A DNA stretch of 64,000 nt from an uncultured Veillonellaceae bacterium (GTDB lineage: Bacteria; Bacillota; Negativicutes; JARBTT01), in the NCBI GenBank assembly GCA_963805085.1, contig CAWDTA010000002.1, positions 96,001 to 160,000 of the forward strand, written 5' to 3'. Numbering within the stretch: position 1 is the stretch's first letter; each line of letters starts with the position of its first letter. The notes under the pieces were generated by a model that made no database searches, was not told the DNA's origin, and saw nothing but the letters and a program-made list of their open reading frames with translations. The translations under genes and the position numbers were made by a program. This document shows, piece after piece, positions 30,432 to 41,282 of this stretch.

Positions 30432-31508
30432 CTAATTTTCGCAAATTTTATCTAAATGTTTTTTACATGCACTAACAACATCGTTTACAATAATTGTACC
30501 TAAACATTTTGGTTCATCACATTTGATTTTAGTCCCGTCACATGGATGACAAAAATAATCTGGTTTTAAACAAGTCGCTTTTTCTGAATATGGTCCCCAC
30601 TTTTCAGGAGATGTACCTCCAAAAACAACTACCATTGGTGTATCAACAGCTGCAGCAATATGCGCTGAACCAGTATCGACTGAAAGAAAAAAATCTGATT
30701 TTTTTAATATGTAACCAAGTTCCGGTAATGTTGTTTTACCACATAAATTATAGATAGGGACATCACTAGTAATAATAAATTCTTCTACAATTTTTTTATC
30801 TGCCTCTGAACCAATAATATAAAATGCAGCATTATAAGCACTCGCTAATTGCTTGATCACTTCTTTAAATTTTTCCAAAGGCCAATCCTTAGTCAAGCAA
30901 CCACTTCGAATACACAGTGCAATTTTCATTTGACAATCTGTTTTTTTTACATACTGCACTAAAATCTCATCAATCTTTTCTTTATTCTCTCTAGGAATAT
31001 CAGGCATTACCATTCTTGCAATGTCATTTCTTCCTGTAAAACGATTAATAAAAATTTCATGATTTTTTGCTTGTAAAGTATGCATAGTATCGTAATCAAT
31101 CCTGATAATGTCTGTATAAAATAACTTTAAATAAATATTTCTAAAGGCAATTTTTTCAAAGCCAACACGTTTAGGAATTCCTGCTAACCATGCAATCATA
31201 GCAGAACGCGGTTTATTATCTAGTACAATACAAAGATCAAACTTATGCACTTTCAATTCATCTGCAGTCTGCCTAATTTCAGAGAATGAGCCTTGATGCG
31301 TATAATTATAAAGGATCACTTCATCTATCAAAGGATGGCTTCTAACAATTTGCTGCGTCAATGGTTTTACTAATATTGTTATCTTTGCATTTGGATATGC
31401 TTTTTTTAACAAATATACTCCACTTGTCGCTATAATTGTATCACCTATTTTTCTTAACCCTATAACAAGGATATTTCTATAACTATTATGTTTCATATTC
31501 TTGTACAC
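30432..31508 (-). CDS. GT9 heptosyltransferase (WaaF/WaaQ-like)
   Basis: KIGD, KDWP, DTGSAHIAAA and C.PC motifs. Confidence 0.88.
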   Translation of the reverse strand: MYKNMKHNSYRNILVIGLRKIGDTIIATSGVYLLKKAYPNAKITILVKPLTQQIVRSHPLIDEVILYNYTHQGSFSEIRQTADELKVHKFDLCIVLDNKPRSAMIAWLAGIPKRVGFEKIAFRNIYLKLFYTDIIRIDYDTMHTLQAKNHEIFINRFTGRNDIARMVMPDIPRENKEKIDEILVQYVKKTDCQMKIALCIRSGCLTKDWPLEKFKEVIKQLASAYNAAFYIIGSEADKKIVEEFIITSDVPIYNLCGKTTLPELGYILKKSDFFLSVDTGSAHIAAAVDTPMVVVFGGTSPEKWGPYSEKATCLKPDYFCHPCDGTKIKCDEPKCLGTIIVNDVVSACKKHLDKICEN

Positions 31509-31532
31509 TCCAAAATAGCCTCATACTTACAT

Positions 31533-32483
31533 TTATTCTTGCCAATATAAATATGGATACTTCTCAATAAAATCATCTATACAATCTATTTTCAGACTTT
31601 TTAATGTAATAAACTCAAATTCATTCACTTTGCCTTTTGCTTTAAAAGTATAAATTAAACTTCTTTCTCTAATACAATTCTTCACATATTCTTCTGTATA
31701 TTCTTGTGAAGCTAAATTAGGCTCTCCTTCAACAGTCGCATTTATTTTTGCCATAATTCTTTTAATTCCACCTAAATAAGAGAAATGCCATCCTCCATTT
31801 TTTAGAGCTGGAAGCTTTCTTCGCAAGTCTCTAAGTTTTTGCGGAGTATTCATATTCTTATATAAAGATATAACACTACCATACCATTTATCATAACTTT
31901 TTGCGTTCATATAGTAGTAAAATAAATCCTGCTGGCATACGATAGGCATCTTTTCTAAAAATTTCCTTACACTTACTCTTTTTAAATAACAATCAGCATA
32001 TATATCAAATAGCCCTAAATATAATTCCCCACTATTTTTGTCCAATTGAGTATTTTTCAGCTTTAGCCCTTTTATTGCTCTATGCATCTTTGAGACACTT
32101 CTACACAATTTTGTATCATCTTCACAAAGCGCCTTTAGTAAATCAGGATTAGGGATTTCATCCAAGTCAGAGACAATAACCAAATCATTTGGCTTACAAT
32201 TTTTTAGACCTCTTGTAATACAATTCCTTTGAAAATTTTCAATTGCCCAATCCATCTCTCCTGTATATTCTGGCAAATCCATGACTTTAATATAAATAAT
32301 TTTTTCTGCATATACTGAAAATTCATTTTTACGTTCTTCAAAGTTAAATTTTTTCTTAACGCCTCGCTGTGTTTTATTTGCTTCAACAATTACAAAATAA
32401 TCTACTATTGGATTTAATAGCTTTAATCTTAATTCTAATAATTCAAATTCATTAAAAAAAGTAAAACAATCATATAGCGCCAC
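31533..32483 (-). CDS. GT17 family glycosyltransferase
   Basis: YDCFTFFNE..LL.LRL, VDYFVIVE, E.FQRN, SDLDEIP and GGWHFSY motifs. Confidence 0.85.
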   Translation of the reverse strand: MALYDCFTFFNEFELLELRLKLLNPIVDYFVIVEANKTQRGVKKKFNFEERKNEFSVYAEKIIYIKVMDLPEYTGEMDWAIENFQRNCITRGLKNCKPNDLVIVSDLDEIPNPDLLKALCEDDTKLCRSVSKMHRAIKGLKLKNTQLDKNSGELYLGLFDIYADCYLKRVSVRKFLEKMPIVCQQDLFYYYMNAKSYDKWYGSVISLYKNMNTPQKLRDLRRKLPALKNGGWHFSYLGGIKRIMAKINATVEGEPNLASQEYTEEYVKNCIRERSLIYTFKAKGKVNEFEFITLKSLKIDCIDDFIEKYPYLYWQE

Positions 32484-32671
32484 TTACACAAACATCCTTT
32501 ACATCCCCAATTTTCCTTTAAATTTCCATACAGAATATTTAATATACCAGATTAAATATTTATCATAACAGCTTTTTCTTTGAAAAGCTGTTGTCATATA
32601 CTTTGCTTGTTTATAACTTCTGCCTCTACTATAGGAGTATCTTTTCATGGAAATTTTTCTTTATACTCCGA

Positions 32672-33850
32672 CTAAGAAATGCCCTTCTGCTCTAAAATGC
32701 TAGCTTTTATGCATAAGCCAAACAGCATCCAAAAAAAAGTAATGCTTCCTGCTGATGCAAAATTATACTCAGTTAATCCATGCGATAAAAATCCTAAAGT
32801 TGCCCCAAATGCCATCAATGCATAAATATTTCTACTCTTTTTCCAACTTTGCCAAGAATAATAGATAAAATACCCAAACATTATACAAAATCCACTCAGT
32901 CCAATCAAACCATTCTCCGCCATCATATTCATAAAATTATTATGAGCATGTGCTAAATTTGGTTCTTTTGCTTCAGGTAAAATATATTTTCCATGATATT
33001 GTACTGCAAAATCACCCAAGCCAACACCAAAAAAAGGATGATCTTTTACCATATTTAAAGAACTTGTCCATAACAAAGTCCGTTCCTTATTAGCTTGATA
33101 GCTCATATCAAAAATAGTATCTACTCGATGTTGGAATGGTAAAACCACCGAATACATCCCCCCGCATAAAACCATGCTTAAAATCATTATCCCAATAATC
33201 TTTTTTACATTTTTTACATAAGTAAACATTAAAAATGGTAACAAAATCACCATTCCAAGCCAAACGCCGCGCGTTCCGTTGAAAAAAAGTGCTATTATTG
33301 AAAATAAAAAAACTATTAAATATAAAGAGTACCACTTAGCAAAATTACTACGATTTAATACCACAATCAATAAAAATGGCAATGCTGTTGCTAAGAACGA
33401 TCCCAGCCACATGTAATCTCCTCTTAACGGTAATGCTCTAAAACTCCCATGCATTCCTTGCCAAATAGCATATAAATCTGTACAAACTAACGATAATAGC
33501 AATACATTTAACACTATGAAAATACTCTTCTTTTTATTTAAAAATAGTAAAATTACAACAAAAATTGACATTTTTTGTATGAATCCAATAAAATCATCTT
33601 TTAACGCAATAAATGGATGTTCTCCCAAAATTGCTGATAAAAACATCGTTAACAGAAATATCCCCATCGCAATGAATAAGTCTTTATACTTCTCAGTATT
33701 TATTCTTTCTCTACAATATACTATTTTTAAGGTTATCCCAATAAAGAGAAGTATGTTGAAAAAATGCACAATACTTGCTGACACACACACACCAAAAGCA
33801 AAACCGCATATACTAAACAAAACCAGACCATCAAAAAATTTTATACTCAT
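32672..33850 (-). CDS. waaL: O-antigen ligase
   Basis: Multi-TM protein with TRG, HPFFGVGLGDF and HAHN..L....ENG motifs. Confidence 0.88.
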   Translation of the reverse strand: MSIKFFDGLVLFSICGFAFGVCVSASIVHFFNILLFIGITLKIVYCRERINTEKYKDLFIAMGIFLLTMFLSAILGEHPFIALKDDFIGFIQKMSIFVVILLFLNKKKSIFIVLNVLLLSLVCTDLYAIWQGMHGSFRALPLRGDYMWLGSFLATALPFLLIVVLNRSNFAKWYSLYLIVFLFSIIALFFNGTRGVWLGMVILLPFLMFTYVKNVKKIIGIMILSMVLCGGMYSVVLPFQHRVDTIFDMSYQANKERTLLWTSSLNMVKDHPFFGVGLGDFAVQYHGKYILPEAKEPNLAHAHNNFMNMMAENGLIGLSGFCIMFGYFIYYSWQSWKKSRNIYALMAFGATLGFLSHGLTEYNFASAGSITFFWMLFGLCIKASILEQKGIS

Positions 33851-34237
33851 TTATTGTTAACTCCTCAAAATTTAACAGCATATAGGGTAAAACTCCCCTA
33901 TGAAACTTTTATCTCTTTAAAAACTTGGATTTATAAACATTCTCGTGTAATTGTTTATAAATCCAAGCAACTAAATTACCTTTAACCTCTTTACGCACAT
34001 TAGATAGGCCTTGTGAAAAAGATGAGACTTTCTCCTTGCCTAGAATGCAGAAAAGATAGTTTAAAGCACTAAACGCTCAAAATCGTTTAATCACTTTTAA
34101 ATGGTACACTTGATACTGATTTATACCCAGATTACTTTTTGTTTGACAAAAATAATACGGTTTGTTTTTAAACTATCAATAAGTCAGTCTTCTGTCTCTA
34201 TTTATTTTTATTTGGATTTAGATGGAGGCGAATTTAA

Positions 34238-35311
34238 TCATTCATAGCTGGATAAAATTATTTTCATGCTTTCTCTCATTGTATATTTATCTTTTGCCAT
34301 TTCATAGCCAAAATTCGCTATAAGTTCACGTTCTTTTTCATTCTTTAAATAATAATCAATCTTTTCACATAAATCATCTTGTTCTTTGAACTCAACTAAA
34401 TGTTTTCCGGATTCAAGTTCTACTTCATTTAAATGATTTTCATCTATCAATTGAAATGATTTACAGCCAAGAATCTCAAAAGTTCTTGGATTAACGCCTG
34501 TATGTAACTCATTTATAGAGTGTATATTAATACATATTTTACTTTTTTTATAAACATATGCTAATTCTTCGTAATATATGGGCTTATCAATTAAAAATTT
34601 AATTAAATATGGATATGTAGAATTAAATTTATTTCTTCGTCGACTATTTTTTAACTTTTGCCAAATATACTTACTTGAATACATCTGGTTTGTATACACA
34701 ACCATTTTTTTATCATTTTCCCAGGCGTATTTAGCAACTCGTTCTAATAGCAACAGCCGATTCTCACTTCCCTTGTATAACCCCCCCACAAAACAAATAT
34801 CAAATTCCTTTTTTTCGTTATTATTCATTGGAGAAAAAATGTTTTCATCATACCCTACAAATAAATACTCTGCACCCTTAACTTTACTGGCTAGAAACCT
34901 CCTATCTAATGGTTCATATGAAAAAATCTTATCATAAAAAGACAAATTTTTTAAATAAATTTTGAAAAACTTTGTTTGAATACTATCAAGCATAAATAAC
35001 ACTGTATTTACTTTATTTGCTTTTAATACAGATAATAATTCATCATTAATATGCTGTCCATTTATAACAATACATATATCTGGTTTAAATGAATTTAAAT
35101 CATTAATAATTTTATGATTTAAATTTTTATAATAATTCTTTTCTATACTTTTTATTCCTAATTTAGACAAGCGTGTTCGCCAATAATTATTTTTCGCTTC
35201 TTTAAATTCTACTATGTCACCCTTCATTACTTCATGTCCTAATAACTCACAAGCTTTAACTACAGAACTTATATAATGAAAATACTCCCATCCAATAATC
35301 ATTACTTTCAT
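34238..35311 (-). CDS. CgeB-like glycosyltransferase (Glyco_trans_1_2)
   Basis: DICFVG, SKICINIH, NPRTFEI motifs. Confidence 0.82.
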   Translation of the reverse strand: MKVMIIGWEYFHYISSVVKACELLGHEVMKGDIVEFKEAKNNYWRTRLSKLGIKSIEKNYYKNLNHKIINDLNSFKPDICIVINGQHINDELLSVLKANKVNTVLFMLDSIQTKFFKIYLKNLSFYDKIFSYEPLDRRFLASKVKGAEYLFVGYDENIFSPMNNNEKKEFDICFVGGLYKGSENRLLLLERVAKYAWENDKKMVVYTNQMYSSKYIWQKLKNSRRRNKFNSTYPYLIKFLIDKPIYYEELAYVYKKSKICINIHSINELHTGVNPRTFEILGCKSFQLIDENHLNEVELESGKHLVEFKEQDDLCEKIDYYLKNEKERELIANFGYEMAKDKYTMRESMKIILSSYE

Positions 35312-35622
35312 CTAAATATTTCCCCTTAACTAAACTGCTTTTAATTTTCACTTATATATGATTGATAAATTTCTATAATATCTGTTAAACCATCAGTCAA
35401 AAATAATTTATAATTAGATAATATATACCTTAATTTAAAAACACAATCATAATCAAAAAACTGCTAGTCGGAATTATTTTACATTCATATGTTTCTATAC
35501 GCACCTAGTAGACTAGCGCTACAAAATAACTTATAATAATTTTAATATAAATATTGCTATTTCAATATAATAACAATATTTATTTTTCTATCTTACTATA
35601 CTTTTTATTGTGAGGCAATATA

Positions 35623-36441
35623 ATGATATTTTCTACTATTTTTTTTATTTTAATTCTTGGTATTTTCTTTTTATACCTAAAATTTAAAAATTATGTCCCA
35701 ATTCTCATGTATCATCGCATCGCTGATATTCCGGGTGATCGAAATTCATTGCCACCAGCAAAATTTCGCGAGCAAATAGAGTATCTTGCGGACAATGGTT
35801 TTACCACGTTAACAATGCAGATGGTTTATGAATTTTATGCTTCTGGCAAGGAGTTACCCAAAAAGTCGGTACTTTTGACCTTCGATGATGGCTATTCAGA
35901 CAACTACACAGAAGCATTACCAATTTTAAAAGAAAACAATATGACAGCCGTTCTCTTCCCCATTTCCAATTGGGTAGGCAAAGAAAACAAGTGGGAAAAC
36001 TTTAATAAAAAACTTACAACCACGATGGATTGGGATCAGCTTAAAAGCTGGCAAGCTTCCGGAATGGAAATCGCCTCTCATACGATAAATCATCCTTTTC
36101 TAGCAAACTGTGATAGAAAACAGACAACGATCGAACTAACAGAAAGTAAAACTACCTTGGAGCAGAATTTATCTTGCTCTATTGATTTTCTTTGTTATCC
36201 ATATGGAAGCTTTAATACTGAAACAAAGGTCGTTGTTAAAAACGCTGGTTACAAAGCGGCATTTGCAATCTTTGATCAGGCACCACTCTGGAACATAGAT
36301 GTACTAGCTTTACCACGGATACCAATCCCTGCTCGGCAGTCTTTACTGGAATTCAAACTGAAAGTCAGTTCTATTCATGTCATTTTTATTGCATTGCGCC
36401 AATGGGAGCGTATGATAAAACACTGGATACGGAATAAATAA
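35623..36441 (+). CDS. Membrane-anchored polysaccharide deacetylase (CE4)
   Basis: N-terminal TM, ILMYH, TFDDG, SHT..H and YPYG motifs. Confidence 0.9.
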   Translation: MIFSTIFFILILGIFFLYLKFKNYVPILMYHRIADIPGDRNSLPPAKFREQIEYLADNGFTTLTMQMVYEFYASGKELPKKSVLLTFDDGYSDNYTEALPILKENNMTAVLFPISNWVGKENKWENFNKKLTTTMDWDQLKSWQASGMEIASHTINHPFLANCDRKQTTIELTESKTTLEQNLSCSIDFLCYPYGSFNTETKVVVKNAGYKAAFAIFDQAPLWNIDVLALPRIPIPARQSLLEFKLKVSSIHVIFIALRQWERMIKHWIRNK

Positions 36442-36470
36442 GTCAGTTGCAAACTTGCAGCTGACTTATT
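36435..36470. terminator. Bidirectional terminator between convergent genes
   Basis: AATAAGTCAGTTGC...GCAGCTGACTTATT. Confidence 0.75.
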
Positions 36471-36483
36471 ATTTTTTTACTTC

Positions 36484-38454
36484 TTATTCAAACTTATTCC
36501 CCTTTACCGTGCGCCACCATGATATGGTACGCATAATATTGAGTTTATCCATAGCTTCCTCGCGCTCAAATGACAAATCAGGCTTCTCTTGATCAGGCAA
36601 TACATTCGCTTCATCAGCTTCTATTTTACCAATTGCCTTATCCGTAATCCATAGATTGTCATTAAAGCCAACTCTACTATTTTTTGTTAAGCTTTCGCCC
36701 AATGAGTAATATGTAAAATCTTTTGGAGCAATCAATTCTATTAAGGTAGCACCAATATTAGCCTGACTACCAGCGACATTTTGTGCTAGCGTATTCTTCG
36801 TTATCCCTGGTCCATAAATCACCAAGGGAATCGTATACCGCTCAAATAAACTTGGATTTGTATCGATGTTGGTTCTATTCGCATGGTCACCCGTAATGAT
36901 AAATAAGCTATCAGGATATTTTTCACGAGTCGTTTGAATAAAATCGGTAATTACTTTATCCATATACCAATAGTGTCCAAGCCGTTTAATCAAGTCTTGA
37001 TTATTCTTCGCCTCTTCTGGCAACTCTTTAACCAAGGCAGCTTCATCAAAACCTTCCTTAGTTAAATCAACACTATAAGGTGCATGGTTCGATACGGTTA
37101 AAATCACATCTACAGTTGGCGTATCATCCATTGTTTGCGAAAGACCCTGGAATAAATACTTATCATCGCTGCCCCATACATTGCCAGCGCTATATTTGAA
37201 ATCAGAAGCGCCATGAAATTGATCGAACCCCTGAGCAAGCGTGAAATCTTTGATTTTTTCCCAAGAATTAAAACCGGCATACCAGAAATCAGTTTTATAA
37301 CCGAGTTTTTTCAATTGCGGTGCCAGAGCTGTCGCATAGGGAGCTTTATAAGATTCCGCTTGATAATTTGGATATACGTTGACATCTGATAAACTTGTCG
37401 CTACTGCCGTAACTGCCATCGGGGTAAATGCACCATTGGGCAGAAACGATTGTATTGACGCAGAATTTGGCTCCTTCATAATATTTCTTAGTCCATCTGC
37501 TAAATGAAGATGGCTATATTTATCTAGCGTCGGCCACTGTGCATAGCTTTCACCAATGATAATAAAAATATGCTTTGGTTTCGGTATTGTAGCTCCATCA
37601 GCTTTTCGCATGAGCAATGCATCAATCTCGTGGGTATTGTCCTTATGATTTGCCGCTTGCTGCGCATAGGTAGCAATTTTTTCTTTATGTATACCTGCTA
37701 AAACACCATTATTGATTCTCTCATGAATGCTATAACCACGATATATAGCCTGCACATCATCAAGAATTGCTTCATTTAGAAAATCATCTTTCGTCATCGA
37801 ACAATTTTCCCAATGCAAAGAATGTGCATAGGTTAAAGTCCCGCCAAACCGTACAAATACGGCAAAAACTGCTAATAAAAAACATACCAAAATACGCTGT
37901 CCATATTTTTTACTGCTAGAATGAGCCATCGGCAAAATATACGTAGTAGTGTTTAAAATACGCTTTAAACACCAGACAAATCCCCCAGTAATAGCAATCG
38001 CCGCCATCACGCGCCATCCCAGTTGATATTGATCAATCATCGTACTCCAAAGTGCACCGACATCATCTTTAAAGGTATTAAAAATAAATTGGTTAAATCC
38101 TACATGGAACTCTTCATAGAAAGGGAAGCTGGCTTGAAATAATATGCTAATGATAATTATATAAATACCACCAAGGGTAAGACGAACTTTTGCAAATTTT
38201 TCTGTTCTTCCTACTACACTTGGCAAAGTACTAAATAAAAAAGACAGCAGCATTGCCACGCCAGCCGTTTTTAAGCTAATTCTCGTTCCATAATATAAGG
38301 CAAGCCAAAAATCATTCGCTGTAGTTTCCTGACCGATGTACTGATTCATGATTGTGATAAAAGCAATGCGAAATATATCTAAGAGTACCAATACGGCAAC
38401 AAATAGCTTCAAATCCTGTTGTAAATTTTTAAAAAATATATCCCATCTCGACAC
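36484..38454 (-). CDS. LTA synthase/sulfatase-superfamily membrane phosphotransferase
   Basis: Five N-terminal TMs, IIGES, SNHAPY and TGDH motifs. Start GTG 38454 or upstream. Confidence 0.82.
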   Translation of the reverse strand: MSRWDIFFKNLQQDLKLFVAVLVLLDIFRIAFITIMNQYIGQETTANDFWLALYYGTRISLKTAGVAMLLSFLFSTLPSVVGRTEKFAKVRLTLGGIYIIIISILFQASFPFYEEFHVGFNQFIFNTFKDDVGALWSTMIDQYQLGWRVMAAIAITGGFVWCLKRILNTTTYILPMAHSSSKKYGQRILVCFLLAVFAVFVRFGGTLTYAHSLHWENCSMTKDDFLNEAILDDVQAIYRGYSIHERINNGVLAGIHKEKIATYAQQAANHKDNTHEIDALLMRKADGATIPKPKHIFIIIGESYAQWPTLDKYSHLHLADGLRNIMKEPNSASIQSFLPNGAFTPMAVTAVATSLSDVNVYPNYQAESYKAPYATALAPQLKKLGYKTDFWYAGFNSWEKIKDFTLAQGFDQFHGASDFKYSAGNVWGSDDKYLFQGLSQTMDDTPTVDVILTVSNHAPYSVDLTKEGFDEAALVKELPEEAKNNQDLIKRLGHYWYMDKVITDFIQTTREKYPDSLFIITGDHANRTNIDTNPSLFERYTIPLVIYGPGITKNTLAQNVAGSQANIGATLIELIAPKDFTYYSLGESLTKNSRVGFNDNLWITDKAIGKIEADEANVLPDQEKPDLSFEREEAMDKLNIMRTISWWRTVKGNKFE

Positions 38455-38548
38455 AAATACGCCCTCTTTACTAGTAATATTGTAAAAACAACGATAAGAT
38501 AAAATTCTCAAGTAATTTCATCCTTCAGCTTTTGCTACGTTTATTTAT

Positions 38549-39625
38549 CTAGCGCAATAACTTTTGATAAATCGCGATAATATTATCCATCATTAAGTCG
38601 CTGGCAAAATGCTCTTTCACCCATACTCTTCCTTGTTTTCCCATGGTCTGACATACTGCTTTATCACTCGCTAGTATCGCTAAATTTCCATATAATTCAT
38701 CTAGATTATCTTTTTCAACTAAAAAACCGGTATGCTGGTCATCAATGACCTCTGGTGTCCCACCAACAGCATAGGTTACAACTGGTTTCTCCATCGCCAT
38801 AGCTTCGGCTAGAACCAGCCCGAAAGTTTCAAATTTCGAGGGCAATACCACTACATCCACGCCATCTAGCACCTCTTGGACGTTGACAATGTGGCCCAGC
38901 GTATGAACGCGATTCCCTAAACGGTTTCTCCAGACATGATATTTCAGCCTCCACAGCCCTTTTCCCTTACCAATGACCATAAGGTGCCAGTTTTTTGCCC
39001 CTTCATACTTTTCCAACACACGTAAAATATCCGCATGCCCTTTATTACGCAAATTCTTGATACGCGAAACAATTGCAATGGTAAAACAATCCTCTGGAAT
39101 ACCATTAACTTTTCGAATAGCGTGTGCTTTTGCCAAATTTGGCTCAAACTTATGTAAATCAATGCCACTATAAACAGTCAACAACTTTTCTGGTGAGAAG
39201 CCTTTCCTAATTGCATCTTGACGAACGAACTCGCTCACACAAATAATCCGATCACAATCATTTAGTGTCATTTCTTTGGCATTATGACCAAATACACCGT
39301 GGGCAGTATACACAATCGGCACAGAAAATTTTTGTTTTATCTTTACAGCAACAATACCGGCAGCAGCAGAATTTGCATGAATGAGGTCAATATCGTATTT
39401 TTTAACGATATTTCCTAGCAAATACGCCGCCAAGGTAGCATTTGCTCGAATCGGCAGAAAACAATGCTTTATTCCTTGCTTTACAAGAGACTTTGCCAAG
39501 ACTCCCCCGCCAGATGCTACAAAAACATTGAAACCACGCTTTTTTAACCCTAGCGCAACCGTAGCAACATAGGTTTCAGCTCCTCCGATATTAAGGCGCG
39601 GGACAAGTAATACTATATTTTTCAA
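38549..39625 (-). CDS. Glycosyltransferase family 4
   Basis: GGAETY, TAHG and ETFGLVLAEAMA motifs. Confidence 0.9.
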   Translation of the reverse strand: MKNIVLLVPRLNIGGAETYVATVALGLKKRGFNVFVASGGGVLAKSLVKQGIKHCFLPIRANATLAAYLLGNIVKKYDIDLIHANSAAAGIVAVKIKQKFSVPIVYTAHGVFGHNAKEMTLNDCDRIICVSEFVRQDAIRKGFSPEKLLTVYSGIDLHKFEPNLAKAHAIRKVNGIPEDCFTIAIVSRIKNLRNKGHADILRVLEKYEGAKNWHLMVIGKGKGLWRLKYHVWRNRLGNRVHTLGHIVNVQEVLDGVDVVVLPSKFETFGLVLAEAMAMEKPVVTYAVGGTPEVIDDQHTGFLVEKDNLDELYGNLAILASDKAVCQTMGKQGRVWVKEHFASDLMMDNIIAIYQKLLR

Positions 39626-39675
39626 ACATGTTCACCCTCTTTATTAAAGGTTTCTGGCTAAGTTTAAACACACAG

Positions 39676-40698
39676 TTATAAAATAGACCGTAACTTCTCC
39701 ACTACAGCTTCTAATTTAATATCTGCCAAACAGTCTAGATTTAATTTACATTGACGTTTCCAACAGTGTTTACATTGTCTACTTATTTCAACTGCATTTT
39801 TCTCTTGCCCATATGGCCCATTACGATTGATATCTGTTGGCCCCATAAGCATTACAACAGGCTTTTCTAATCCTGCTGCTAAATGCATTGGACCCGTATC
39901 TCCGCCAACTACTGCTTTGGCATTTTTAATCATATAAGCAAGCTGCTTTAGCGTTGTTTTCCCCACTAAATCCACCGCTGGTATCTCAGCTCTTTCGTTT
40001 ATTTCAGCCACCAATCTGCCATCAACGCTACCTCCACCAATGACAATTGGAATGATGTCTTTGGAATACAAATAATCGACAAGTGCGGCATAAAGTTCGG
40101 TAGGCCAACGTTTATTTGGCCAATTAGCACCAACTGCCAATACAACATAAGGATTTTTAATATTCATGCCCGCTTGCAGCATCAGTTTCGTTGCAATATC
40201 AGCTTCTTTTTCCGTTATCACCATTGGAAATACGACTTTTTCTACTTTACAACCAAGTTCACGGGCTACGTCTAAATAGCGTTCTACAATATGACCATTT
40301 TGGTTTGGCCCACAAATTGGCTTACTCACCAAACCACTAAGCTCACGCATATTACAGCAACCTAATTTTACAGATGCTCCACTCAAATAAGTTATAACAG
40401 CACTTTTGCCCAGTCCTTGTAAATCAAGAGCAACATCATATTTTATTTTTTTTAGCTCTGCTGAAAATGCTGGTAGATGCTTCATAAAACCACCAATGGA
40501 TTTAAACTTCTTTTTTTCAAATAATAGAATATTATCTATATACGGATTATTGGTCAATAAATCATATGCTGGCGGTTCCACAACCCAAGTTACTTTTGCC
40601 TCGGGGAAAGTTTCCTTGATCGCATAGGAAACTGGTAAAGCATGAATTACGTCACCAATTGCGCTTAATTTTACAACTAAAACATTTTCAATCGACAT
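39676..40698 (-). CDS. waaC: LPS heptosyltransferase I-like (GT9)
   Basis: VKLSAIGDVIHALP, DLQGL.KS, KRWP and GDTGPMHLAA motifs. Confidence 0.82.
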   Translation of the reverse strand: MSIENVLVVKLSAIGDVIHALPVSYAIKETFPEAKVTWVVEPPAYDLLTNNPYIDNILLFEKKKFKSIGGFMKHLPAFSAELKKIKYDVALDLQGLGKSAVITYLSGASVKLGCCNMRELSGLVSKPICGPNQNGHIVERYLDVARELGCKVEKVVFPMVITEKEADIATKLMLQAGMNIKNPYVVLAVGANWPNKRWPTELYAALVDYLYSKDIIPIVIGGGSVDGRLVAEINERAEIPAVDLVGKTTLKQLAYMIKNAKAVVGGDTGPMHLAAGLEKPVVMLMGPTDINRNGPYGQEKNAVEISRQCKHCWKRQCKLNLDCLADIKLEAVVEKLRSIL

Positions 40699-40808
40699 AG
40701 TTATGTTAACCTCATGTTCAAAATAACGATAACCACAACGATACAAGATAAACAAAAGTCTGCTACTTCTGTCGATTTTATACCATTGTGGTTAAATTAT
40801 CGTTACAT

Positions 40809-41279
40809 TTATTTTTCTGTACTTTTCATTTTATTGATAATATTAGAAGATGAACGTCCAGCAACTAATGGAACCAATTCAATCTTTCCACCGTAACTTA
40901 AGACACCCTTTGCTTCTGGCAGCGTTTCTACAGTATAGTCGCCACCTTTCACATAAATATCGGGGCGCACTTTTGTAATGAGATTTTCAGCCGTTTCGTC
41001 GTCAAAAACAACAACGCAGTCTACAGCTCGGAGTGCCCCTAGCACTTCCGCACGGTCCTCTTCGCTATTGATTGGACGAGATTCTCCTTTTAGTGCGCGT
41101 ACAGATGCATCACTGTTCAGCCCAATAACTAAACAATCACCGAGCTCTTTCGCACGCTCTAGATATCGTACATGACCTGCATGCAAAATATCAAAGCAAC
41201 CATTCGTAAATATAACTTTTTTGTTTTGCTTACGTAATTGGTCACACCAAAGTTCAATATCCTGCTGTGCTATTACCAT
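40809..41279 (-). CDS. rfaE2: D-glycero-beta-D-manno-heptose 1-phosphate adenylyltransferase
   Basis: TNGCFDILHAGH, GLNSD and VKGGDY motifs. Confidence 0.93.
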   Translation of the reverse strand: MVIAQQDIELWCDQLRKQNKKVIFTNGCFDILHAGHVRYLERAKELGDCLVIGLNSDASVRALKGESRPINSEEDRAEVLGALRAVDCVVVFDDETAENLITKVRPDIYVKGGDYTVETLPEAKGVLSYGGKIELVPLVAGRSSSNIINKMKSTEK

Positions 41280-41282
41280 TGT

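Noticed and set aside
33920-34230. Possible IS/MITE remnant or ncRNA between waaL and the CgeB-like gene
   Set aside because: Only one hairpin (33924-33967) and an IS-end-like AGGCCTTGTGAAAAAG. No partner IR or second copy was found.
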